The notes: generated by a model not told the origin, from the sequence alone. A DNA stretch of 64,000 nt from Nitrospirales bacterium (GCA_965223295.1 CBDCWC010000002.1:1024001-1088000); one strand, 5' to 3'; counted from the stretch's first letter, positions 19,753 through 30,882 are shown. Program-made: numbers and translations.

Positions 19753-22116
19753 ATGCCTACGCTTTTTCGGATTGGGACAATTTTTTGTATATCGCTCTTT
19801 GTCGCCTGTGCGACACAAGAGTTGCAACTCGGAGAGGAACTAGAAAAAGAAGGGAATTGGGATGGAGCCGTGGCAGCTTATCGGGAAGCCTTCCGTCAAG
19901 ACCCCTTCAACAAAGAGCTGGAAGAAAAGCTTTCACATGCCAAATCTCGCGCAGCCGAACAACACTTTGCTCAAGGACGTGCATGGCTCAAACAACGCCA
20001 AGTTGCTGAAGCGTTGCAGGAATTTCAAATCGCTCTGGGATTAGATCCTGAGAACCCCGAACATCATGCTGCACTCAATGATGCCTGGCGGCTAAAAACA
20101 GCCAGACAGACCCTTCTTGATGCCAAGCACATTGAAAATTTGGGGAGATTTGATGAAGCACTCGCCCTCTATGAGACAGCGGTAGAACTGGACCCTTCCT
20201 TAGCCGAAGCCGTTGATGGCATTACCCGGGTTGTTCAACAACAACAAAAGATTGAGACCATCGGCGATTCAGCAGAGCCTGTGACCCTGCGCTTTCAAAA
20301 TACTCGGCTCAAACAAGTTTTTGAAATTCTGGCCCGAACGGCCAATATCGATATCTTATTTGACAAAGATGTGAGAGATGACTTGGTGACAATTTTTACC
20401 AAGGACACACCATTTATCGAAGCGCTCAATCTGATTTTGACCACAAATCAGTTATTCGCGAAACGTGCCGGTCCCGACCGTTTGTTAATTATTCCTGATA
20501 CCAAACAAAAACGGGAACAATATGAGGACCTGCAAATTCGCACATTTTATTTGTCCAACGCCAAGGCAAAGGACATGGCCAATCTCTTACGGACAATCTT
20601 GGAAACCAAACGGGTGTATGTAAATGAACCCCTCAATACCGTCGTGATCCGTGATCACCCTCAAAAAATTGCCTTAGCTGAGAATGTGATACTGGCCAAT
20701 GACCGCCATGATGCAGAAGTCGTTTTGGACCTGGAAGTGTTAGAAGTCAACAGAACAAAAACCAAGCAAGTTGGCTTGAATTTTGCCAAACAAGCGGGAT
20801 TTGGGATCTTTCCTGACGGAGTCGGTGACTTCTCAACCGCTGCACAGACTTTCACATTTCAAAATCTCACAAGCATCGGACAAGATTCTTATTTGTTTAC
20901 CTTTCCCAGCAGTATCTTAATGGATTTCTTCAAACAAGAATCTGACGCCAAAACCCTGGCAAATCCCAAGCTTCGGGTGCTCAACAATGAAAAGGCTTCG
21001 ATCAATATTGGAGACAAACAACCCATTCTCTTGTCCACTACAAATGTGTTGCCAGGCCAAGCCACGACCGGAGCACTCTCTACAACCTCAACCGTGACAT
21101 CCATCGAATTTAAAGATACCGGGATTAAATTAACTGTCGAGCCGACGATTCACTTAAATAATTCTATTACCCTCCGCCTCCAAGTTGAAGTCACCCGGTT
21201 AGGTGATCGCGTAGTCCTTCAAGCTGACCCAGAAATTTCGCAATTTCGATTTGGCACGAGAACAGCCGACACGGCTCTGAGCATGCGGGATGGAGAAACC
21301 GTGGTCCTGGCCGGGCTTATTCAAGAAGAAGATCGACGTTCACGCGAAGCTATTCCAGGTGTTGACGACATTCCAGGTGTCGGCGACCTTCTCAGTAATA
21401 GCAATAGCGACAAGATTACGACCGAAGTGATTGTCGTCATTACACCCCGTATTGTACGAGTTCTGAATCCTCCACAATTGGTGAAGCAAACATTGTGGTC
21501 TGGCACTGCCAAACAATACAACACGAAACCACTGTTTTCACACTACCAGCCTGAACACATGGCGTTTCTTGATGAGTCTCAAGGAGACGAGACGAGTCCA
21601 ACAGCCCCTACGGTTTCTCCAAATAATGAACCCTTTTCTGACAGTCCGACTGTTGATCAAGAACCAACTGGCCCTGAACCAGAGGCCCCCAGCCCCCCAG
21701 AGCCTGATGTGTCAGGACTTCAGATTCTTCCAGCTGCAGCGTCATTCAAAATTGGAGAACCCATTTCGTTGACCTTACAAGGGCAAAACTTTTCCGCTGC
21801 CGAACAAGCATCCCTAACGCTCACCTATGATCCAGCCATCCTAAGATTCAAAGAAGCGACTCAAGGACCTTTTTTAACAGGACAGCAGGAGCCTCCAAGC
21901 CTTACTGTTTCGGCAGTGCCAAACACCGGACAATTGGTGATCCAGATGGGTGAACCGGGAAATCCCGTACAAGGAAGTGGACCATTAGCCTCGCTCGAAT
22001 TTGAAGCGATCGGAACAGGAGCATCAACTATTCAGATTCAAAATCCGACTCTGTTAGAAGCCAACGCCCAACCCGTGCCAGTCGTGGTGCAACATGGAAG
22101 AGTATTGGTGGAATAG
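19753..22116 (+). CDS. gspD: Secretin with N-terminal TPRs and C-terminal cohesin-like domain
   Basis: FVAC lipobox, TPRs, LANPKLRVLNNEKASINIGD, DTGIKLTVEP, DGETVVLAGLI, VVITPRIV. Confidence 0.88.
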   Translation: MPTLFRIGTIFCISLFVACATQELQLGEELEKEGNWDGAVAAYREAFRQDPFNKELEEKLSHAKSRAAEQHFAQGRAWLKQRQVAEALQEFQIALGLDPENPEHHAALNDAWRLKTARQTLLDAKHIENLGRFDEALALYETAVELDPSLAEAVDGITRVVQQQQKIETIGDSAEPVTLRFQNTRLKQVFEILARTANIDILFDKDVRDDLVTIFTKDTPFIEALNLILTTNQLFAKRAGPDRLLIIPDTKQKREQYEDLQIRTFYLSNAKAKDMANLLRTILETKRVYVNEPLNTVVIRDHPQKIALAENVILANDRHDAEVVLDLEVLEVNRTKTKQVGLNFAKQAGFGIFPDGVGDFSTAAQTFTFQNLTSIGQDSYLFTFPSSILMDFFKQESDAKTLANPKLRVLNNEKASINIGDKQPILLSTTNVLPGQATTGALSTTSTVTSIEFKDTGIKLTVEPTIHLNNSITLRLQVEVTRLGDRVVLQADPEISQFRFGTRTADTALSMRDGETVVLAGLIQEEDRRSREAIPGVDDIPGVGDLLSNSNSDKITTEVIVVITPRIVRVLNPPQLVKQTLWSGTAKQYNTKPLFSHYQPEHMAFLDESQGDETSPTAPTVSPNNEPFSDSPTVDQEPTGPEPEAPSPPEPDVSGLQILPAAASFKIGEPISLTLQGQNFSAAEQASLTLTYDPAILRFKEATQGPFLTGQQEPPSLTVSAVPNTGQLVIQMGEPGNPVQGSGPLASLEFEAIGTGASTIQIQNPTLLEANAQPVPVVVQHGRVLVE

Positions 22117-22630
22117 ACCCGCCACCATGCGTGGCGTGACATTAATTGAACTGTTAGTCACCTTGGTCATTATGTTTATCTTAGCCTCTGTGGCTCTCCC
22201 ATTCACTAAGGTGAGCGCCAAACGTTCACAAGAATTGGAGTTACGGCAAACCTTGAGATCACTCCGTATGTCCATTGATAATTTTCGACGAGATTGGGCC
22301 AGAGATGGCGGGACATTGTTGGGCCCCTTGTGCATCAAAAATCAACTTACTTGCAAGGAAGAAACAGGCGTCACTGGATATCCGAAAACCCTTGAGACCC
22401 TCCTAAAGATCGAATTAACTGGAGAAGAAGCACAAGCTGGAGAACAGTCAAGTATTCGACGGTATTTGCGAAAGATTCCCCTTGACCCTCTGACAAATTC
22501 TACCGAATGGGGGCTTCGCTGTTACCAAGATGAGCCCGATGAATCGCGATGGTGCGGAGAGGACGTTTTTGACGTGTATACGACCAGCGATAGAAACGCA
22601 ATGGATGGGACACCCTATCGTGAATGGTAA
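22094..22630 (+). CDS. Pseudopilin (GspG-like)
   Basis: G|VTLIELL N-methylation motif; GYPKTLE, YLRKIPLDP, DGTPYREW. Confidence 0.85.
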   Translation: MEEYWWNRPATMRGVTLIELLVTLVIMFILASVALPFTKVSAKRSQELELRQTLRSLRMSIDNFRRDWARDGGTLLGPLCIKNQLTCKEETGVTGYPKTLETLLKIELTGEEAQAGEQSSIRRYLRKIPLDPLTNSTEWGLRCYQDEPDESRWCGEDVFDVYTTSDRNAMDGTPYREW

Positions 22631-23031
22631 TGGGATCTTTTGTACTTATTGGCAAAAAAGGTTACACTTTACTCGAACTCATGATTGTCGTGGCAATTGT
22701 CGGGATCTTGGTATCTTTGGCTATTCCCAACTTTCAACAATCGGCCATGAAAGCGAAAGAGGTTGCCCTGAAGCAGAATCTTTTTACGATGCGTGCCGTT
22801 ATTGACCAATATTACGCTGATCGTGGAGATTATCCCGACAGCTTGGAATCCTTAGTCGAAGACAAATATTTGCGGTCCATTCCTCTGGACCCATTTACCA
22901 AATCGTCAACGACATGGACCGAAATTTTCGAAGAGCAGGAAGAGGGAGACGACTCACCTCCTGGTGTCTATGATATTAAAAGTGGGAGTGATGACGTCGC
23001 CCAGGACGGCACTCCCTACAAAGATTGGTAG
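22624..23031 (+). CDS. gspG: Major pseudopilin
   Basis: G|YTLLELMIVVAIVGIL; YPDSLESLV..KYLRSIPLDPFT. Confidence 0.85.
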   Translation: MVMGSFVLIGKKGYTLLELMIVVAIVGILVSLAIPNFQQSAMKAKEVALKQNLFTMRAVIDQYYADRGDYPDSLESLVEDKYLRSIPLDPFTKSSTTWTEIFEEQEEGDDSPPGVYDIKSGSDDVAQDGTPYKDW

Positions 23032-23039
23032 GTTCTGTT

Positions 23040-23990
23040 ATGAAACGTTCTCATTTACAACATTTTATCTTAAGTGGAACTTTAATCTTTGCGTTAGAGG
23101 CCTGTGTCCACAAGCCATCAAAAACCATGAAATCTGAAACCCCAATTGAGGCCGCCTCGCCGCTTCCTCAACCTCCTCAACAAGGAAGCTTTTTACGGGA
23201 AGCCCGCCTGGAAACAGAAAATTTGCGAGCGGAACTGGCTAGCTTAAAAATTCTCATGGCCAAGCAAGCAGGAGAACTCCGATCGTTGCGGAAGCAATCG
23301 CAATCCGTCCAGCAACGGGAACAGGAGCAAGGACAACAAATGCAAAATCTTCGCAGTCAGCTTTTGACTGCACAAGCTGAACGGGATCAGTTGCGAAAAC
23401 ACAACATGGAGTTAGAGGGACAAGTCGCGAATACCCCCGATACATCGCAATTGGTCACAGATATTCAAGCTTTACGCAGCTCGTTTCAAAAAGTTATGAC
23501 GAGTCTCAAGGGGTTGAGTTCAGATATCACACTCATTAAACGCGACATGCAAGTCACGAACAAAAACGGCAAGCCCCGACCGATCAAAATAGCCAAACAT
23601 CTGCCTTCTGCGATCTCACCTATCAAACGCTCGCCCGATGCCAATGGGCGTATTACCATTCAAGAGGGAGACACGCTATGGCACCTAGCCCGAGCCTATC
23701 GTGTGCCTGTCAACCAATTGCGAGAATGGAATAACCTGACTTCGGATCTAATTATGACCGGGCTTCATCTCAAAGTTGCTGACCCGGCTGACTCCCAGGT
23801 CTTGGCTCCAGCTCATGTGAAGGGGCCAACAGAAGTGGTCATTCCCGTTGTCCAACATGAAACGGTTGAAGCCCCCAGCCAAGAAACTCCTCAAGTCACC
23901 AGTAAGCAACCTGAAGAAATCCCCTCGGCGTCAACACATATTCTTTCAATCGGTAATAGTCCTCAAGTAGATTCTGATGAGTCCCCCTAG
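23040..23990 (+). CDS. LysM-domain coiled-coil lipoprotein
   Basis: LEAC lipobox, long coiled coil, IQEGDTLWHLARAYRVPVNQLREWNNL LysM domain. Confidence 0.85.
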   Translation: MKRSHLQHFILSGTLIFALEACVHKPSKTMKSETPIEAASPLPQPPQQGSFLREARLETENLRAELASLKILMAKQAGELRSLRKQSQSVQQREQEQGQQMQNLRSQLLTAQAERDQLRKHNMELEGQVANTPDTSQLVTDIQALRSSFQKVMTSLKGLSSDITLIKRDMQVTNKNGKPRPIKIAKHLPSAISPIKRSPDANGRITIQEGDTLWHLARAYRVPVNQLREWNNLTSDLIMTGLHLKVADPADSQVLAPAHVKGPTEVVIPVVQHETVEAPSQETPQVTSKQPEEIPSASTHILSIGNSPQVDSDESP

Positions 23991-25195
23991 TGCCTAGTTT
24001 TCATTACAGAGCTGCTCGTCCCGATGGAAGCATTATTGAAACAGATGCGGAAGGCGAGACTCCTCGTGCCATTCGTTCACAATTAGAATCTCAAGGCCTC
24101 TTAGTTCTTGATTTGAGTGGATCAGGAACAAGTCGCAGTCTCTCATTCACACAACGAAAACGTGCATTAGCCCCGCGGGACTTCCTGGTGTTCAATCAGG
24201 AATTTTTGGCATTAGTCAAAGCCGGATTGCCCATGTTGCGATGCTTTGATCTGCTAACCGACCGGATTGGACAGGGAGGGTTTCAGCAAGCCCTGCAGTC
24301 CGTGCGCGAAAGTATCCGAGGTGGAGCTTCTATATCCGAATCGATGGCCATGCACCCAACATATTTTCCTGAACTATATCAAGCGTCGCTCCGAGCCGGA
24401 GAGCAGGCAGGAAATTTGCCGGAAGTCCTAAAACGCTATATTGACTATTTAAAAATGCTTATCGGGGTCCGCGAGAAAGTGGTGAAAGCCACAATTTATC
24501 CTGTGTTTTTGTTAGGATTTGGTCTTTTGGTCACTTTGGGGCTGTTATTTTTCGTCCTCCCCTCATTCGCAGAAGTGTACAAAGAAAGTCGAGTGGAATT
24601 GCCTTGGGCGACACAATTGCTGTTGGACCTCACCAGTTCAGCAGGTCAATGGATTCCAATACTGTTCATCCTCCTGGGAATCACGGCCGTATGGTTTTAT
24701 TGGTGGCGAACGACTCCTCAAGGGCAATGGCGCCTGCATTGGTTGTTCCTCAATGCTCCCGTTTTCGGCCCATTGTTTTTGAAAAACCAGGTCATTCGTC
24801 TGACCAGAACCCTTTCCACCATTTTGGGCGGAGGCATTCCTTTATTATCCGCACTTGAAGTCACGGCTCAATCCATGCCCAATAAAGTCTTTGCAAAAGC
24901 CCTCAACGCGGTCATCACTCAAGTTCGAGAAGGCGCAAGCCTCTCTGCAGCCCTTAAGAAAGAAAAATTTCTTCCGAGTCTGACATTAGAAATGATCGAA
25001 GTCGGCGAAACAACCGGGTCACTAGAAACCATGTTGTTTGAGGTCGCAGAATTTCATGAGGGTGAATTAGACTTTGAATTGTCCCGCATGATGACCTGGA
25101 TTGAACCCATCTTCATCATTGCAATTGGTATCATTTTGGGCGGAGTCGTGATTGCCCTCTATCTTCCGATCTTTCAAATGGCCGGAGCTGTCTAA
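23990..25195 (+). CDS. gspF: Type II secretion/T4P platform protein (GspF/PilC)
   Basis: LVKAGLP, AGEQAGNL, VGETTGSL, IEP...ALYLPIF. Confidence 0.92.
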   Translation: MPSFHYRAARPDGSIIETDAEGETPRAIRSQLESQGLLVLDLSGSGTSRSLSFTQRKRALAPRDFLVFNQEFLALVKAGLPMLRCFDLLTDRIGQGGFQQALQSVRESIRGGASISESMAMHPTYFPELYQASLRAGEQAGNLPEVLKRYIDYLKMLIGVREKVVKATIYPVFLLGFGLLVTLGLLFFVLPSFAEVYKESRVELPWATQLLLDLTSSAGQWIPILFILLGITAVWFYWWRTTPQGQWRLHWLFLNAPVFGPLFLKNQVIRLTRTLSTILGGGIPLLSALEVTAQSMPNKVFAKALNAVITQVREGASLSAALKKEKFLPSLTLEMIEVGETTGSLETMLFEVAEFHEGELDFELSRMMTWIEPIFIIAIGIILGGVVIALYLPIFQMAGAV

Positions 25196-25220
25196 CAACA
25201 GTCTTACTGAAAATATCGCT

Positions 25221-26951
25221 ATGACCACACCTGTTAAACGCTTGCCTTTCGAAGAGATCTTAGTCAAAAAAGGTCTGATCTTAGAGCGCGAAAAAGACAC
25301 GCTCCTGGAGACAGCCAAGACTTCCAACCAAACCCTCTCCTCGCTACTGCTGGAACGTGGCACCTTAACCGAAGACTCGATGGGACAAATATTGGCAGAC
25401 CAATATGGGTTACCTTGGAATGATCTACAAGAATTCCGAATCCCTGCTGGCCTCATGGAATCTATTCCGGTTGAACTCATGCACCGATATGAATTTGTCC
25501 CCATGGACAAGGAAGGGGACGTCCTCACGATTGCCATCGCCAAACCTCAAGATCTCCGGATGATTGATGAGTTGGAACACCAGCTAGGTTTTGAGTTGCA
25601 ATTAGTCATCTCCTCCAAATCGGCAATCCTCGATGCCCTAAGCAATAGTGAAGGAAACAGTCAAGTCCTCACCCGCATTAAAGCTGAATTAGATCCTGTA
25701 CTCATTAAAGAAGATGAAAAGGGTGAAGAAATTCTTTCCGTTGAACGGATTACCCAAGACCTCAGCCCCGTCGTCAAACTCGTCAATACGATTATTTTAA
25801 CCGCTCTCCAAAAGCAGGCGAGTGATATCCATATTGAGCCAACCGACAAATCGGTGGACGTCAAGTTTCGCATTGACGGTGTCCTCTATTTAGCCATGGA
25901 ACCGTTTGATACCGGGATACACCCTTCTTTGATATCCCGGCTCAAAATCATGTCCGAGCTGGACATTGCTGAACGTCGAACGCCGCAGGACGGCCGGTTT
26001 AAGTTATTGCTGAATCAGCGCACGATTGATTTTCGAGTCTCTATTCTCCCAAGTGTGTATGGCGAATCTGTGGTCATCCGAATTTTGGATAAACAACATG
26101 TCTCGGCTGGCGTCCAAGGTCTTCGTCTTGAAGCCTTAGGCTATACAGGTGAGGACCTTCGGCGATTTCGACGGGCCATTACCAGACCTTATGGCATGGT
26201 CTTAGTTACAGGGCCAACCGGAAGTGGAAAAACCACCACACTCTATGCGGCATTGAATGAAGTGCATAGTGATGAAGACAAAATCATCACAATTGAAGAT
26301 CCAGTGGAATATCAACTCAAAGGCATTGTGCAAATTCCGGTGAATGAGAAAAAGGGCTTGACCTTTGCTCGCGGACTACGTTCCATTTTACGGCATGATC
26401 CCGACAAAATCATGGTCGGAGAAATTCGCGATCTTGAAACCGCGCAAATCGCGATACAGTCGGCCTTGACGGGCCATTTGGTGTTCACGACCGTCCATGC
26501 GAATAACGCCTTTGATGTTCTGAGCCGCTTTGTCAACATGGGCATTGAATCCTATAATTTCGTGGCCTCTTTAAGCTGTATTCTGGCTCAACGGCTCGTG
26601 CGCTCTATTTGCTTGCATTGCCGAGTGCCCGTTGAAATTGACCCAGCTCAATGTCAAGAATCAGGGATTGAGTATGATAACGTGAAACACCATACGTTTT
26701 TTGAAGGAAAAGGATGCAATGAATGCAACGGCTTAGGATTTAGAGGTCGAAAAGCTATTACAGAATTTTTGGATATGCCCGATTCGATTAAAGAAATGGT
26801 GTTAAGCGGGAAATCGTCTTCTGAAATTCGAGTGACCGCGATCGCGCAAGGCATGACCTCCTTACGGCAAGCTGCATTAGAAAAGGTATTCCGGGGAGAG
26901 ACAACCCTGAAAGAAGCGAACCGCGTGACACCTGTTGAAGAAGTATTATGA
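25221..26951 (+). CDS. gspE: GspE/PilB assembly ATPase
   Basis: ASDIHIEP, GPTGSGKTTTLY, TIEDPVEY, LRHDPDKIMVGEIRD, tetracysteine motif. Confidence 0.93.
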   Translation: MTTPVKRLPFEEILVKKGLILEREKDTLLETAKTSNQTLSSLLLERGTLTEDSMGQILADQYGLPWNDLQEFRIPAGLMESIPVELMHRYEFVPMDKEGDVLTIAIAKPQDLRMIDELEHQLGFELQLVISSKSAILDALSNSEGNSQVLTRIKAELDPVLIKEDEKGEEILSVERITQDLSPVVKLVNTIILTALQKQASDIHIEPTDKSVDVKFRIDGVLYLAMEPFDTGIHPSLISRLKIMSELDIAERRTPQDGRFKLLLNQRTIDFRVSILPSVYGESVVIRILDKQHVSAGVQGLRLEALGYTGEDLRRFRRAITRPYGMVLVTGPTGSGKTTTLYAALNEVHSDEDKIITIEDPVEYQLKGIVQIPVNEKKGLTFARGLRSILRHDPDKIMVGEIRDLETAQIAIQSALTGHLVFTTVHANNAFDVLSRFVNMGIESYNFVASLSCILAQRLVRSICLHCRVPVEIDPAQCQESGIEYDNVKHHTFFEGKGCNECNGLGFRGRKAITEFLDMPDSIKEMVLSGKSSSEIRVTAIAQGMTSLRQAALEKVFRGETTLKEANRVTPVEEVL

Positions 26952-28129
26952 ACCTGACCCCAATAAAGAAACCCACTTTTGCGCTCTCCATTTCCGAAGA
27001 CGCCTTGTACTTAATTGAAGCCAAAAAATCCTGGGGGGCAACACGATTACGTCAAATAAGACAGGTCCCGCTGCCAGCAGGAGTTGTTCGCCTTTCCTCT
27101 GCAAAACTTAATATTGAACATGAAGAAACGTTTGTTGAACAATTACGCATTCTGGTCGAACCGCTAAAAAGGCCCCTTTCCATAGCGGTAAGCCTTCCCG
27201 ACCTCTGTGCCAGGACCAATGTGTTTGATTTTTCGACCTTTCCGTCGAAAAAAGCTGAGCAAACAGCTTTATTGACCTGGCGATTCCAACAAGACTTAAA
27301 ACTTGATACGGCTCAATCCCGCCTGTCCTATAGCACATATGCGTCAGAATCCCGTGTTGAGACGTCGAAAGGCAACAGTTCAAAAGAGGTTCGCGTCTTA
27401 GGAACAGCTTTACGCAACGAAATTGTCGAGCAATATGAACGGGTCTGCTTAGACGTCAACCTCATGCCCATTTCTATTAGCATTTCTGGTCTTGATATTT
27501 TCGATCTCTATCATGACACCATTCAACAAGCGTTAAAGGCCCACAACCGGGGAAGCCTCAAGTTTGCAACTGAAGGCATGTTTCTCTTTATTAGTCATTG
27601 GGGATTTACATTTCTGGCTTTCAATGAGGGATGTCCAAATTTCATCCGCACCAAAGCTATGAGTATTCGCCCAGATCCAAAAGGGGCCTTAGAGTTTATG
27701 ACGCTATCTGGACTGGAACAACAAGCAACTCCTTCTCAACACTCAGCAGAGACTAGGCAGACAGCAACTGAGCAACATTCGCAAACCGGAGAAAACCAGA
27801 CCATCCCCTATCCTCCTTATACGGCCAAAAAAGCGGAAAAAGAAATTTTGGCCACGCTTCAATATTATTTTGAAACCTTTCAGCAAGATGCTTCTCTCAT
27901 CTCGACAACCAATCTTTTTGTCGTCAGCGACTTGGAACATGGACATTTATTGTTGCCTGCTTTCGAGGATATGGAACAGACCGCAAAAGTCAGCGGATTG
28001 AACGCTTCACCTATCCACGTCACCCATCTCGCCTACCCTAAGCATTTGGCGAAAAAGAAACGCCGGGTCTCGCAAGAATCGACTATCTGGTCGGCTCTAC
28101 CCGGGTACGCGAGCCTGCAGGTGGCATGA
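26948..28129 (+). CDS. PilM-like protein
   Basis: Operon position after the ATPase and before pilN/pilO-like genes; N-terminus resembles the actin-like PilM fold. Confidence 0.6.
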   Translation: MNLTPIKKPTFALSISEDALYLIEAKKSWGATRLRQIRQVPLPAGVVRLSSAKLNIEHEETFVEQLRILVEPLKRPLSIAVSLPDLCARTNVFDFSTFPSKKAEQTALLTWRFQQDLKLDTAQSRLSYSTYASESRVETSKGNSSKEVRVLGTALRNEIVEQYERVCLDVNLMPISISISGLDIFDLYHDTIQQALKAHNRGSLKFATEGMFLFISHWGFTFLAFNEGCPNFIRTKAMSIRPDPKGALEFMTLSGLEQQATPSQHSAETRQTATEQHSQTGENQTIPYPPYTAKKAEKEILATLQYYFETFQQDASLISTTNLFVVSDLEHGHLLLPAFEDMEQTAKVSGLNASPIHVTHLAYPKHLAKKKRRVSQESTIWSALPGYASLQVA

Positions 28130-28728
28130 TGGTTCCACGAGTTCACCCCAACCTTTCTGCTCCTGGCATCAGACACCTCACGATGACCCAATTCTGGCTC
28201 AAGGTCATCATGGCAGTAGGCATTGCCCTTGCTCTATCTTTCTGGTGGCTGGGCTCTACGTTGCATGAACAAATCGATGCCCTAGAATACCAAACGAATG
28301 TAGTTCACTCACAAACAGCTCAAATGAAATCTGCCGCTCAATCAACTGGAATAGACTTGTCGAACCAAGCTATCCAAAACATTCCCGGGCAAATCTCCTT
28401 TGTGAAACTGGTGCGGGGACGCGTCGGTTTTTCATGGACACAATTGCTGAGTGACTTAGAAACCACCGTCCCAACAAACCTAATCATGAGCGCCGTCTCT
28501 CTGGATGAAAAAACTAACGTGGTTCTCCTCAACGGCTCAACCCCGTCACTTCAGGATTTAAATCAGCTCATTCATCAGTTGGAGCAACATCATGCATTTA
28601 ACGATGTCATCTTGACCCAGCATGCCAATAAAAAAAGGAAACAGACGAAAGGACACCCACCGATCACCTTTTCCATGAAAGTTTCCTATGATCCGAATCA
28701 TCGTCAGACAAAACCTCGTACCTCTTAA
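28126..28728 (+). CDS. PilN-domain protein
   Basis: Single TM plus coiled coil, SWTQLLSDLE..VP, FNDVIL; operon context. Confidence 0.75.
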   Translation: MMVPRVHPNLSAPGIRHLTMTQFWLKVIMAVGIALALSFWWLGSTLHEQIDALEYQTNVVHSQTAQMKSAAQSTGIDLSNQAIQNIPGQISFVKLVRGRVGFSWTQLLSDLETTVPTNLIMSAVSLDEKTNVVLLNGSTPSLQDLNQLIHQLEQHHAFNDVILTQHANKKRKQTKGHPPITFSMKVSYDPNHRQTKPRTS

Positions 28729-28734
28729 AATATT

Positions 28735-29307
28735 ATGATTCCTCTACAAATATTTCAGCAATCTAAAACAACCCTCTTACTCTCACGGTATTTGATGCCT
28801 TTGCTTGGCTTGGCTGGACTGGCTACAGCAGCGGCGATTGCCATGTATGCACTGGTGTTGTACCCTGCACAAACCCAGTTTGAACAAGCGTCGGTAAACT
28901 TTCGTGACGCCCAACAGATCAACAAACAAACCCAAGTCGCCAAACAGACTCAAGTCATCATCAACACAACATGGAAGGGCCTTTCAAATTATCGAGAGTT
29001 CACAGATCTGAGTTTAGAGATCGCGGACTTGGCGAAACACAACCATGTGAGCATTCCTGGCATGGGCTATGACTTCAAACCTCTCTCCAATAAATTGGCC
29101 GCAAAAGGCACATTTGGCTTCGAAGCACAAGGCAAGTACGCATCTATACGTAAGTTTATTTACGAATTAGAAAAACGTTGGCCATACCTCTTTATTGAAA
29201 AATTGTCTGTGGAGCGTTCTAAGAAAAATCGAGGCGTGATCTTTAGAATGACTGTTTCCACATTTCTCAAAGAATTTCCACAAAACCTGAAGAAGTCAAA
29301 AGCCTGA
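28735..29307 (+). CDS. PilO/GspM-like protein
   Basis: TM helix, GKYASIRKFIYELE motif; operon context. Confidence 0.75.
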   Translation: MIPLQIFQQSKTTLLLSRYLMPLLGLAGLATAAAIAMYALVLYPAQTQFEQASVNFRDAQQINKQTQVAKQTQVIINTTWKGLSNYREFTDLSLEIADLAKHNHVSIPGMGYDFKPLSNKLAAKGTFGFEAQGKYASIRKFIYELEKRWPYLFIEKLSVERSKKNRGVIFRMTVSTFLKEFPQNLKKSKA

Positions 29308-29900
29308 TGACCAACCAACAAAAAGGACTCCTCCTCGTGGGATTGTTAGTCGCGTGGGGAGGCGTCACCATCTACCAAGTGTCTGATTTCTCCGGATCGA
29401 GTTCGACCTCACCTTCCTCAAACATGTCAACACAATTAACCAGCCTGCCTTCGATCAAAGAACTCTCTTTAGAGGAATCTTTTCCCAATTCAAGGAATTC
29501 TGTGACATTCACCCAACCACGTAACATTTTTGCTCCAATGAGGAAACGAAAAGTCGTTGTCAAGAAAAAGAAACCCAAGGAAACTTCATCATCAACACAG
29601 ACAATGGCAGCACTTCCTCAAACCCAACCTCCAAAAGGTCCTTCTCCTGAAGATCTTGCCGCGCAACGCGCACGACAACAACTCAACCAATTTCGCTTTC
29701 TGGGATATCTAAAGAAAGGAGGGGAAAGTCAGGCATTTCTCACCAAGGGACAAGCCATCTACATTGTGAAACAGGGAGAAATGCTGGACGGTCAGGTCCA
29801 AGTCAATAAAATCGAGCCTGAAACGATCGTTCTCTCGACTCAAGTTTGGGAAACCGGAAGCCAAGTTCAAGCCACTATTCCTCTAACACCGGAAACCTGA
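29307..29900 (+). CDS. PilP/GspC-like protein
   Basis: TM, RNIF, FRFLGYL...AFL..G..IYIVKQGE beta domain. Confidence 0.6.
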   Translation: MTNQQKGLLLVGLLVAWGGVTIYQVSDFSGSSSTSPSSNMSTQLTSLPSIKELSLEESFPNSRNSVTFTQPRNIFAPMRKRKVVVKKKKPKETSSSTQTMAALPQTQPPKGPSPEDLAAQRARQQLNQFRFLGYLKKGGESQAFLTKGQAIYIVKQGEMLDGQVQVNKIEPETIVLSTQVWETGSQVQATIPLTPET

Positions 29901-29998
29901 ATTTTACACCCGTAACATAGATATTTCCCCATGTACCCTGTTAAGCTTGGAGATGCTTCCATTCGGCAAACCACACAAAAAATGCCTTAATTTTCAAG

Positions 29999-30195
29999 CC
30001 ACAATGGGAATGTTGAACCATGAAGATATCAAGAGCCATATTTCGCAGGAAGCCCTTGGCGATCAACAACATCGGATCGGTTCAAAAAAGTCCGTCCGGC
30101 AAGGCCACAGCCATGTTTGCGCGCGGAGGGTACTGGCACGACCTAAGCACAAAAAAATGGCGGGAACGCCGCTAGCAGCTTTTTTCAACAGACCC
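29999..30195 (+). repeat. ~195-bp dispersed repeat, copy 1 (extension plus MITE-like core 30074-30195)
   Basis: Core bounded by GGATCGGTTCAAAAAA...TTTTTTCAACAGACCC; similar to copies at 32113, 56282 and 63938. Confidence 0.88.
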
Positions 30196-30198
30196 ACA

Positions 30199-30882
30199 AT
30201 GTATCCTCTTTTACTGCTAATCATAGGTATCATGATGTGGCCTTCCCAGGCATCCACCGCAATGTTTCGCTGCTATGATCAAGTGGGCTCACAAATCTTG
30301 ACCGATAATCCCGCCCAACTAACCGACTGTATACAACTGAAGTCCTCGATCATTTCATCATCCCAAGAATACCAAAATCTTCCCCAACCAGCCCCGGCTC
30401 CAGATGCCCTCCCTGCCCAAGGATATTCAGAATATTCTGAGCCCCAGACATCAGAACAACACAATCAAGGGCCACACTCCGAGACAGATCTGAACATTCC
30501 ACTAGAAAAAATTGGCGGCTCATTCATTGCTCAAGCCATCCTCAATAAGGGACGTGCCGCTAGACTGATCGTGGACACGGGAGCTTCGATGACCGTCCTG
30601 TCAACCAACATCGCCATTGATCTTGGCATTCTTGGAACAACTGATAATGAATTGCTCACGGTTAATACCGCTGGTGGTTCAGTACAAGTTAACATGAACT
30701 ATCTCCGCTCTCTCAATGTTGGAGAAGCAGAAGCCCAGCATGTCGCCGTGGCGATTCATGACCTCCCAGATATCCCTGAACAAATCGATGGTTTGTTAGG
30801 CATGTCTTTTCTGAAACATTTCCTGGTTACCTTAGACGCTGAGCATTCCCGCTTAATCCTTCGTTCTAAACCTACCCCCTAA
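30199..30882 (+). CDS. Secreted retropepsin-like (clan AA) aspartic protease
   Basis: Signal peptide, LIVDTGASMT, GLLGMSFL. The 5' ORF extension from 29947 runs through the repeat. Confidence 0.85.
   Translation: MYPLLLLIIGIMMWPSQASTAMFRCYDQVGSQILTDNPAQLTDCIQLKSSIISSSQEYQNLPQPAPAPDALPAQGYSEYSEPQTSEQHNQGPHSETDLNIPLEKIGGSFIAQAILNKGRAARLIVDTGASMTVLSTNIAIDLGILGTTDNELLTVNTAGGSVQVNMNYLRSLNVGEAEAQHVAVAIHDLPDIPEQIDGLLGMSFLKHFLVTLDAEHSRLILRSKPTP

Noticed and set aside
29947-30198. N-terminal extension of the aspartic protease, and ORFs 32076-32327 and 56320-56541
   Set aside because: These are translations of the dispersed repeat; the signal peptide starts at 30199.
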